A DNA stretch of 64,000 nt, from the NCBI GenBank assembly GCA_965250285.1, contig OZ252299.1, positions 2,912,001-2,976,000 on the forward strand, given 5' to 3'. Below the pieces are notes generated by a model, which was given only the letters and a program-made list of their open reading frames with translations, did not search any database and was not told the origin of the DNA. Positions 54,280 to 62,506 of the stretch are shown one piece after another; within the stretch, counting starts at the first letter, position 1; each line of letters starts with the position of its first letter. Made by a program: the position numbers and the translations under genes. This DNA is from Myxococcota bacterium (lineage in GTDB: Bacteria; Myxococcota_A; UBA9160; UBA4427).

Positions 54280-54361
54280 GCCGATCCGCGCGGGACGGAC
54301 ACCCCGGAACCCCTCGGAAAATCTCGATTATTACGAATCACTCGAAAATCTTTTTGTTTTC

Positions 54362-54395
54362 GTGATCCGATTGGCCGCCCGTCACCGATCCATCC
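54362..54395 (+). promoter_or_regulatory. Conserved 34-bp motif, copy 2 (putative ECF promoter), preceded by an AT-rich UP-like tract
   Basis: GTGATCCGATT-ggccgcccg-TCA-c-CGATCCATCC; AT-rich 54317-54360; AAGGAGGAGG RBS follows. Confidence 0.7.
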
Positions 54396-54413
54396 CACGA
54401 AGGAGGAGGTGAC

Positions 54414-54887
54414 ATGCTCTACCGATTCGAGACTTTCGAGGTGGCCGAACAGACGCGCGAGCTGCGCTGCCAGGGCCAACAGGTGCACTGCCAGCCCAAG
54501 GTGTTCGACCTGCTCGTGCTGCTTCTTCAGCAGCGCCACCGCGTGGTGTCGCGCGAGATGATCCTGCGCGAGATCTGGCCGAGCGTATGCGTCTCGGGCG
54601 CGTCGGTGAATCGCCTGGTCAAGGAGACACGCCGCACCCTGGGCTCGGCCTGTGACCCGAACGGCCACATCCAGACCAGCCGCGGCCGCGGCTACCGGTT
54701 CGTGGGACACGTCGAGTGCGTGCGTGAGGCCGGCGAAGCCAGCGAAGAGGACGCCATCGTCGCCCGCGCGCGCCGCGCGCTCGAGGCCTCGATGGAAGAG
54801 GGCTTCCAGGATTTCAAGCTGCGCCTCGACGAGTTCGTGTCGACCTGCCACCTCGCGATCGAGGCGGCGCGGAGCCAGGCGCAGTGA
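54414..54887 (+). CDS. Stand-alone OmpR/CadC-type winged-helix DNA-binding protein
   Basis: YRFETFEV...RELR..G, PKVFDLLVLL...RVVSRE...IW, IQTSRGRGYRF; no receiver or TM domain. Confidence 0.85.
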   Translation: MLYRFETFEVAEQTRELRCQGQQVHCQPKVFDLLVLLLQQRHRVVSREMILREIWPSVCVSGASVNRLVKETRRTLGSACDPNGHIQTSRGRGYRFVGHVECVREAGEASEEDAIVARARRALEASMEEGFQDFKLRLDEFVSTCHLAIEAARSQAQ

Positions 54888-55277
54888 CTGCCGCCTTCGA
54901 CGACACGCCGCGCCTGCGGACGAAGCTCACGCGCGTCGGGCGACCCGACGGTGCTCTTGGCCGCCCGGTTGCGTGTGGGTTGCCGGTGGATCGAAGACCG
55001 AGCGCAGATCGGATCGCCGCCGGCGCGACACCGACGCGCAGCCCCGAGGCCGCCCCGACGAACACGAAATGGCACGAGGTCAGCTTCGCATCACGAAAAG
55101 ACGCACAGCGAGCCCAATCAAGTGACCCAACCCATCCCTGACAGCGGATCGTCGTGCACGTCGAATTCGCGAACGCGACGCTGGCCGCTTCCGGTATGCT
55201 GGCCCGAACCCCAGCCGCGTCGGCACCCCGGGATTCATCCGGCCGCAAACCCGAGTCGACGCGACCACGAGAAGCGC

Positions 55278-58121
55278 ATGTGCCACCGAAGCCCCCGCCT
55301 CGAGTTCCGAATCGCGCTGTGCGTGATCAGCTGGCTGTGCGCAGCCGGCCTGGCGAGCGCGACCGAGCCCGTCGTCTTTCACAGCCCGACCGATGATGGC
55401 GCCGGCGCTCCGGGCTTCGTCCTCACCGCCCCGAATGCGACGCTCAACCTCTGGCTTCGCCCCGGCGACGTGCCCAGCGAGTCGAGCCAGATCGTCTGCG
55501 TCAACGGCAACGGTGACGAGATCTGCGGTTTCGACCTCGTGCTTCTCGCGAGCGGCAGCTTTCGGTTGAGCTCGTTCGAGCCCGACTCGGAGAACGACGT
55601 GGTCGCGGGCCCCGTTTCAGCGACTGATCTACGGCTGAATCGCGTTGCCGGCCTGAACCCCGACTCGGCGCCCGTGCGCATCGGGACGCTCAGCGTCTTT
55701 CGCTTGAGTGATGACCCCGGTGAGCTCCGCGTCTCGCCCGAGAGCCTGGCGGTCGATGCGTCGGGGGAGCTCATCTCGATCTCGGACGAAGAGGCGATCG
55801 CCCTGCCCGAGCCGTCCGGCGCTCTGGGTCTCGTTGCGGGCGCGTGCACGCTGGTCGCGCTCAGGCGTCGACGGCAGCGCGCGACGATGCTGCTGCTGGC
55901 GCTCGTGTCCCTGCTCTTCGTCCCGACGGGCGCCAACGCCGACTCGACGAGCTTCGAGACCGGGTACGCCGAAGGCGATCTCGTCACCACGGTCGACTTC
56001 CCGACCAATCGGGTTCGGATCCAGGGCCAGGGCCAGATCCGGATCGGTGAGATCGGGCTGCCGACCGTGGCCTTCGAGCCCAACGACACGCATCAATTCG
56101 CCGACCCCTTGAATCAGCGGTTCTTCATCTACGACACCACGGGTCAGACGACCGGCGGGCCTCGGGACGGCTACGTCTTCGAGTTCGAGAAGCCGGTCGA
56201 GTCGTTCGGCATCGTTCTGCTCGACTTCAACCAGGAGGCAGGCCCCCCGGCCGTGCCGCTCGGGGCCACCGCGCGGATGCGGGCGTATGGTGACTATGCC
56301 CGCACCCAGCTGCTGAGCGAGCAGACCGCCACGACGAACTCGAGTCAGCCCGACGGCAGCGCGTTCATCTATCCGGCGGCGCCGGTGACGTCCGAGATTC
56401 GCGCTGTCACCCTCGAGTTCGATCAGAGCGAAACCACCACCGGCATCTCGGGCATGATCTTCGAGACGGTCACCGACACCGACTTCGACGGCGTCTTCGA
56501 TCCGTTCGACAATTGCCCCGACTTCTACAACCCGCAGCAGGAGGACGGCGACGGCGACGACGTCGGCGACTTCTGCGACAACTGCCGCTACACCTCGAAC
56601 CCGGCGCAGACCGACACCGACCAGGACGGCGAGGGAGACCTCTGCCAGCCCGCGACGATCATCGGTGAGGTGCAAGGCGACCAGAGCGGCCCCAAGCAGT
56701 TCCAGGTGTTCCTGCAGTGCAACGCGCGGCCGATCCGCACGATGTCGTTCGGCGTGCTCGTGCCCTTCGGCTCGAGCGTCGAAGAGAGCGGCGTGCTCTT
56801 CGGCGACTGCGGCCTGCCCCCGAACCCGCCGCCGGGCGTGCCCGCCGGCGGCGGCTGTACCGGCACCCTCGGCCCCACGGTTTCGCCGGGCGATTCGGGC
56901 GTCTGGTCGTCGAACGTCGGCGTCGGCCCGCCGTGGCACCAACGCGCGGTCTACCTCACCGTCAGCGGCACGGGCAAGGAAGGCGCGCTCTGCGAGCCCT
57001 TCGAAGGGCCGGTGCCGATCGCACAGTTCTTCTACGAGTTCGACGTCAACTTCGAGGGCCAGTCGGGCTTCGTGGTCGACGGCTTCGCCGACCAGGGCGA
57101 GCCGGTTCTCGAGACGATCGAGGGTGAGCCGTCCGAGTACGAAACGGTGTCGTACTTCATCGTCTCCGATCCGGTCCCCCCGCCGCAGCTCGAGCTGCTG
57201 CTGCAGCCGGCAGCCGGGGAGCCCGCCGGCTTCGAGACGCGCTGGAACCTCTGCATGTCGAGCGACCTGGGCAACCTGATGAAGCGGGTCAGCGTGGGGG
57301 TGCACGTCGAAGACTCGACCATCAACGACATTCGCGTGATCGGCTGCGACACGCCGGACGTCGGCGAGTTCAAGCGTGAGTGCACCAGCACCGTGGGGCC
57401 GCACGTCGACTTCTCGAAGTCGTTCACCCAGGGGCCGTTTCCGAGCGACATGGCACCGCTCGGCGCGGACACGCTCTACATCGCGCTCGAGGGTTCGACG
57501 CCGACGTTCGACGGCCCGACGCTCAACCCCTCGCCCACCGCCGAGACGTGTGTCGCGACGATCGAGATCGATATCCCGCCCGGCGCGGAGGGGGTGCAGC
57601 CGACGCTCGTCAACGCGGGGGTCGACACGCTCCCGTTCGACGATGGCGAGGCCGAGGGCTACCTGCGCTCGACCCTGAGCCCCACGCCCGACCCGATCTC
57701 ACTGTTCGAGGTCTATCTGGCCAATGGGCTCGACGTCGGCGAGGACTACGACAACGACGGCCACCTCGATTCGGCCGACAACTGCGTCTTCCGCGCGAAC
57801 GACCTGCAGAACAACGGCGATTTCATGAGCGCCACGCCGAACTTCGACGACGACGGCGACGCCTGCGAATGCTCCGACACGAACGGCACGGGAGCGATCT
57901 TCGACGAGAGCACCCCCGACCCGGTGACGGGCGCTCCCTCCGACCTCGCGAAGATGCGAGACTATCTGGCGGGTCGCGATCTGAGCGAGAACATCGCCCA
58001 GACGTGCAGCGTCGCGGGGAGTCCCGAATGCGACATTCAAGATGCCGTCGTGCTGCAGCGCGCGCTGGCGGGCGCACTGCCGGGGATCGAGACGCGCTGT
58101 GATGCTGCGCTCCCCGACTGA
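55278..58121 (+). CDS. Exported acidic surface protein with internal PEP-CTERM-like motif, second signal peptide, thrombospondin type-3 repeats and dockerin-like C-terminus
   Basis: Signal peptide to ASA; LPEPSGALGLVAGACTLVALRRRRQR at aa 176-201; DTDFDGVFDPFDNCP..NPQQEDGDGDDVGDFCD repeats; CDIQDAVVLQRAL. Confidence 0.8.
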   Translation: MCHRSPRLEFRIALCVISWLCAAGLASATEPVVFHSPTDDGAGAPGFVLTAPNATLNLWLRPGDVPSESSQIVCVNGNGDEICGFDLVLLASGSFRLSSFEPDSENDVVAGPVSATDLRLNRVAGLNPDSAPVRIGTLSVFRLSDDPGELRVSPESLAVDASGELISISDEEAIALPEPSGALGLVAGACTLVALRRRRQRATMLLLALVSLLFVPTGANADSTSFETGYAEGDLVTTVDFPTNRVRIQGQGQIRIGEIGLPTVAFEPNDTHQFADPLNQRFFIYDTTGQTTGGPRDGYVFEFEKPVESFGIVLLDFNQEAGPPAVPLGATARMRAYGDYARTQLLSEQTATTNSSQPDGSAFIYPAAPVTSEIRAVTLEFDQSETTTGISGMIFETVTDTDFDGVFDPFDNCPDFYNPQQEDGDGDDVGDFCDNCRYTSNPAQTDTDQDGEGDLCQPATIIGEVQGDQSGPKQFQVFLQCNARPIRTMSFGVLVPFGSSVEESGVLFGDCGLPPNPPPGVPAGGGCTGTLGPTVSPGDSGVWSSNVGVGPPWHQRAVYLTVSGTGKEGALCEPFEGPVPIAQFFYEFDVNFEGQSGFVVDGFADQGEPVLETIEGEPSEYETVSYFIVSDPVPPPQLELLLQPAAGEPAGFETRWNLCMSSDLGNLMKRVSVGVHVEDSTINDIRVIGCDTPDVGEFKRECTSTVGPHVDFSKSFTQGPFPSDMAPLGADTLYIALEGSTPTFDGPTLNPSPTAETCVATIEIDIPPGAEGVQPTLVNAGVDTLPFDDGEAEGYLRSTLSPTPDPISLFEVYLANGLDVGEDYDNDGHLDSADNCVFRANDLQNNGDFMSATPNFDDDGDACECSDTNGTGAIFDESTPDPVTGAPSDLAKMRDYLAGRDLSENIAQTCSVAGSPECDIQDAVVLQRALAGALPGIETRCDAALPD

Positions 58122-58133
58122 GTCGGTCGCCAC

Positions 58134-60806
58134 ATGAAGCAGTGGGCGGTGCTCGTCGGAGCACTGTGCGGATCGCTCGCGCTGCTGGGCCCACAGGCCG
58201 AGCTCGCCCGGGCCGACGTCGTCTTCGACGGAACGCTCGGGGCCCCCGGACCCGCGCCGACGCGCCCGCTCGACGGGCGCACCGACTTCATGATCGAGCA
58301 GAGCCGCGGCCTGCGCATCGCGTCGGGCGGCCGGGCGAACCTGTTCCACAGCTTCTCGACGTTCGACCTCGCCGCCGATCAGAGCGCGAGCTTCATGGCG
58401 ACCGACCCGGTCGACACGATCCTCGCTCGCGTGACGGGCGGCGACCCGACGACCATCGCCGGCCTGATCCGATCCGAGGTGCCCGGCGCCGATCTGTTCC
58501 TGATCAATCCGATGGGCATCACGCTCACCGAGACGGCGTCGCTCGATCTGCCCGCCTCGTTCATCGCCACCTCGGCCGACTTCATCGAGCTCGACGACGG
58601 CAGCGTCTTCCCCTCGACCGCGACCGTGCCGACCGTGACCGCCGCGGCGCCGAGCGCGTTCGGGTTTCTCGGCGGCGACGTCGCGGGAGCCCTCGTCATC
58701 GAGGGCGAACGCGCGCTGACGCTCGAGCGCGGCTCGACGTTCGCGCTGGTCGGCGGCGATGTGGGCGTGCGGGACGGATCTCGGGTGTTTGCGAGTGGCG
58801 GTCGCATCGACGTGGCCGCGGTGGGGAGCGCGGCCGTGGTCGTGCCCCTGAACGTGGGCGACTGGCATCCGCGGGCCGACGGCACGGCCGGGCTCGGCGA
58901 GGTGCGCGTCGATGGCTTCGAGGCCGAGCTGCACGCCTTCGACCTCGCCAACCCCAGCTCGAATCAGGGGCAGATCGTGGTCCGGGGCGGGGTCTTCGTC
59001 CTCGAGACGAGCTTTCTCCGGGCAGGAGGCGATGGCCCGGCCACGACCGCGATCGACATCGAGACCACCACCGGCGTCGAGGTCGACAACGCCGGGGTCC
59101 AGACCTTCGGCGCCGGCGCGGCCGGCGTCGGCGGCATCCGCGTCGACACCGACACGCTCTCGGTGTCGCAGGGATCGGTCTCGGGCATCGCGAGCCGCAA
59201 CGTCGGCACGGGCGCCGCCGGTCCCATCGAGATCACGGCGGGTCGCGTCGAAGTCCGCGCCGCCGGCCAGATCCAGAGCGATGCCGACGGCCCCGGGGAC
59301 GGCGCGCCCATCGTGATTCTGGCCGACGTGATCGAGCTCGATGGCGGCGCCGCGATCCAGACCGACACGACGAACGCCGGCCGGAGCGGCAGCGTCACGA
59401 TCGTCGCCGATCAGATCATCGCGACCGACCTGAGCGAGATCTCGAGCCGCACCGACGGGCTGGGCTTCGTCGGCAACGATGCGGGCGACGTCTCGATCAC
59501 CGCGCGGACGATGGAGCTGCGCTCCGGTGCGCGCGTCTCGGGCACGACGGACGGCAGCGGACGCGGCGCAGACATCGATCTCGACATCGAGGAGAGCCTG
59601 CTGCTCGATGGCGACTTCGTGATCGGCGGAGGCCCGGTGCTGCCGTCGGGCGTGTTTGCGCGCTCGGGCGTCGACGCCGGATCACCTGCGACCGGGGACG
59701 GCGGCGACGTGACCATCGACGCCGGTACGATGACGATCTCGAACGGCGCGCAGATCGCCGCGAGCCCGCGCGGTGAGGGCAACGCCGGCGCGATCACGAT
59801 CACGGTCGACGACACGTTCCAGATCTTCGGCGAGGGCCAGCTCCAATCGGGCGTCTTTGCGCAGGCCGTCGAGGGCGATGGCGGCGCGATCACCGTGACC
59901 GCGGACACGCTGTTGCTGAACGACGGCGCGCGCATCGAGTCGGCCGCGCTCTCGACGGGCAACGCGGGCGACATCACGCTCGTCGGCGAGACCATCGTCC
60001 TCGACGGCGACGTGCAGGTGAACGCGCGGTCCGAGTTCGAGGGTGCGGCCGGCGACGTCACGCTCCGGGGCGACACGATCCGAGTCGCCAACGGCGCGCG
60101 GATCCTGTCACTGACCGAAGCAGATGGCGCGGCCGGCAACATCAACTTCGAACAGGGCGACGTCGTCCTGGAGAGCGGCGCGACGGTCGACGCCGAGTCG
60201 CTCGGGACGCAGCCGGCCGGCAACGTCAGCTTCAACGCGGCGTCGGTGCGCATCGGCGACGCGGCGCGGGTGTCGACGCAGTCGGTGGTCAGCCAGGGCG
60301 GCAACGTCGACGTCGACGTGAGCGGGACCTTCGCCGTCGATCCCGGCGGCGTGGTCATCACCGACGTGCGCGGCCCCACCGGCGGCGGCGGAGACGTCAT
60401 CGTGCGCGCCGAGTCGGTCGTGATCAACGATGCCACCGTGACGGCGAACGCCAACGCCGTCGACGCCGAGGCCGGCAACCTCTTCTTCCAGGTGCGCGGC
60501 GGCTATTTCGAGTCGACGAACGCGACGGTCACGGCGAACAACCCGCAGGGCGTCGACGGCACGGTGGTCATCGATGGTCCGGTCGACCAGGTCGTCGGCG
60601 ACCTCGTCTCGCTCGACGGCGACTTCTCGGACGCCTCGGACCAGCTCGAGACACCCTGCGTCGCCCGAGGTAGCGCGAGCGGCAGCTTCTCGGTGCAGCG
60701 CGAGCGCGCGCCGCCGCCCCCACCCGACCAGCACCTCGACCCGGCCGCGCCGTCGAGCGGCCCCGAGTTCGACCCGGGTCAGGGCCGCTGCGAGACCGCG
60801 CGATGA
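58134..60806 (+). CDS. TpsA / filamentous-haemagglutinin-family exoprotein
   Basis: Signal peptide; TPS domain NLFHSF...ARVTGG...LFLINPMGI; G(N/D)(A/G)G.I.I beta-helix repeats; C-terminal PC...GSF motif. Confidence 0.9.
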   Translation: MKQWAVLVGALCGSLALLGPQAELARADVVFDGTLGAPGPAPTRPLDGRTDFMIEQSRGLRIASGGRANLFHSFSTFDLAADQSASFMATDPVDTILARVTGGDPTTIAGLIRSEVPGADLFLINPMGITLTETASLDLPASFIATSADFIELDDGSVFPSTATVPTVTAAAPSAFGFLGGDVAGALVIEGERALTLERGSTFALVGGDVGVRDGSRVFASGGRIDVAAVGSAAVVVPLNVGDWHPRADGTAGLGEVRVDGFEAELHAFDLANPSSNQGQIVVRGGVFVLETSFLRAGGDGPATTAIDIETTTGVEVDNAGVQTFGAGAAGVGGIRVDTDTLSVSQGSVSGIASRNVGTGAAGPIEITAGRVEVRAAGQIQSDADGPGDGAPIVILADVIELDGGAAIQTDTTNAGRSGSVTIVADQIIATDLSEISSRTDGLGFVGNDAGDVSITARTMELRSGARVSGTTDGSGRGADIDLDIEESLLLDGDFVIGGGPVLPSGVFARSGVDAGSPATGDGGDVTIDAGTMTISNGAQIAASPRGEGNAGAITITVDDTFQIFGEGQLQSGVFAQAVEGDGGAITVTADTLLLNDGARIESAALSTGNAGDITLVGETIVLDGDVQVNARSEFEGAAGDVTLRGDTIRVANGARILSLTEADGAAGNINFEQGDVVLESGATVDAESLGTQPAGNVSFNAASVRIGDAARVSTQSVVSQGGNVDVDVSGTFAVDPGGVVITDVRGPTGGGGDVIVRAESVVINDATVTANANAVDAEAGNLFFQVRGGYFESTNATVTANNPQGVDGTVVIDGPVDQVVGDLVSLDGDFSDASDQLETPCVARGSASGSFSVQRERAPPPPPDQHLDPAAPSSGPEFDPGQGRCETAR

Positions 60807-62506
60807 GCGCGCATCGCCTCACCCGATGCTCGGCCGGATGGGCGGCGATCGCGCTGCTCGTGCTCGCCCCGTCGCCGGCGTCGGCGCAGGATCTGGGCGT
60901 CGATCCGGGCGAGGTCCGCCCCACCCTGCCCGCGCCGCAGGCGCCGGGCGAGACCGACCTCACCCTGCCCCCCCTCGAACAGGGGCCCGTCGATCGGCCG
61001 GGCGAGCTCGCCGTGCCCATCGAGCGCGTCGTCGTCACCGGGAGCACGGTCTTCAGCGACGCCGAGATCGCCCGCGCGCTCGAGCCCTTCGTCGGCCGCC
61101 CGATGACGTCGGCCGATCTCACCGCGGCGCGCGATGCGCTCACCCACCTCTATGTCGATCACGGCTACGTGACCTCGGGCGCCGTCGTGCCCGATCAGCA
61201 GATCACCGCCGGCACGCTCACCCTTCACGTCATCGAAGGCGCCGTGAGTGAGATCGAGATCGAAGGCAACGACCGCATCCGCGATGCGTACCTTGCGCCC
61301 AGGCTGCGCGCGGCGACCCGCGCACCGGTGCAGCTCGGTCGCGTGCGCGAGACGCTTCGAAGACTGCAGAACAATCGCTACATCGAACGGATCGATGCAC
61401 ACCTCGAGCCGGGCGCACGACGCGGCGAGAGCAGACTCGTCGTCACGGTGCACGAAGCGGCTCAGTGGGCGCTCGCCCTCGAAGTCGCGAATGACCGGTC
61501 GCCCACCGTCGGCAGCACCGGCATCGCGGGCGACGGGACGATCGCGAACGTGATCGGCGTCAACGACGTCTGGCGGCTGCGCGTGCAGGCGACGCGGGGT
61601 GTCCTCGACATCGACGCGCGCTTCGAGGTTCCGATCACGCGGTTCGACACGATCTTTCGCTTCGAGCTGCGAGATACACACATCGAAGTCGTCGAAGACC
61701 CGTTCGACGTGCTCGACATCGAAGCCGAGGGCCGTCGCTACGGCCTCTCGATCTTCCATCCGCTCCTCCGCCGAGGCGATCACTCGCTGTGGCTCCAGCT
61801 GACGGGTGAGTACGAGCAGCAATCGTCGACGGTGCTCGGCCTGCCCTTCTGCTTCGAGCTCTTCCTCGAAGACTGCGACGAGCCGACCATCGCCGCGCTG
61901 CGCGGGGGGCTGCAGTACACGTGGACCACACAGCGCAACGTCGTCTCGGCCCGCGCGCTGTTCTCGGGCGGGCTGCCGATCCTCGGCGCAACGACCGGCG
62001 TGCCAAAAGATCGCCCCGATGGCCAGTTCTTCGTCTGGCTCGGACAGACCCAGTGGGCCCACGTGCTCCCCGACGCCGCTCTGCGCTCGACGCTCCTGCT
62101 TCGCGGTGACCTGCAGCTCGCCAACGATGCGCTGCTCGGCCTCGAGAAGATCGCGATCGGGGGGCGCCGCACCGTGCGGGGCCACCGAGAGAACCAGCTG
62201 GTTCGCGACAACGGCGCCGTGTTGTCGGGCGAGGTCCGCGTGCCCGTCTGGCGCACCTCGCTCGATCGACCCGTGCTCGAGCTCGTGCCGTTCATCGACT
62301 GGGGCTATGCGTGGAACAACGGCATCGACCCGCCGCAGAATCAGCTCTGGAGCATCGGCGCGGGGTTCCGCTTCATGCCGTGGAAGGGGACGCTCGGCGA
62401 GTTCTACTGGGGCAGCCACATCGACACGAAGCGTGACCGAAAGACGGACCTGCAGGATTACGGGATCTCGTTCAGGGTGAGGATCGATGCGCCTGAAGTG
62501 TTCTAG
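60803..62506 (+). CDS. TpsB (ShlB/FhaC/HecB) outer-membrane transporter
   Basis: POTRA VTGSTVFS...YVDHGYVTSGA..PDQ...VIEG; TVRGHREN (VRGY-like loop 6); C-terminal Phe; ATGA overlap with tpsA. Confidence 0.92.
   Translation: MSAHRLTRCSAGWAAIALLVLAPSPASAQDLGVDPGEVRPTLPAPQAPGETDLTLPPLEQGPVDRPGELAVPIERVVVTGSTVFSDAEIARALEPFVGRPMTSADLTAARDALTHLYVDHGYVTSGAVVPDQQITAGTLTLHVIEGAVSEIEIEGNDRIRDAYLAPRLRAATRAPVQLGRVRETLRRLQNNRYIERIDAHLEPGARRGESRLVVTVHEAAQWALALEVANDRSPTVGSTGIAGDGTIANVIGVNDVWRLRVQATRGVLDIDARFEVPITRFDTIFRFELRDTHIEVVEDPFDVLDIEAEGRRYGLSIFHPLLRRGDHSLWLQLTGEYEQQSSTVLGLPFCFELFLEDCDEPTIAALRGGLQYTWTTQRNVVSARALFSGGLPILGATTGVPKDRPDGQFFVWLGQTQWAHVLPDAALRSTLLLRGDLQLANDALLGLEKIAIGGRRTVRGHRENQLVRDNGAVLSGEVRVPVWRTSLDRPVLELVPFIDWGYAWNNGIDPPQNQLWSIGAGFRFMPWKGTLGEFYWGSHIDTKRDRKTDLQDYGISFRVRIDAPEVF

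Noticed and set aside
54884..55141. 85-aa ORF overlapping the wHTH stop
   Set aside because: No recognisable motif and low-complexity composition; probably intergenic, though not excluded.
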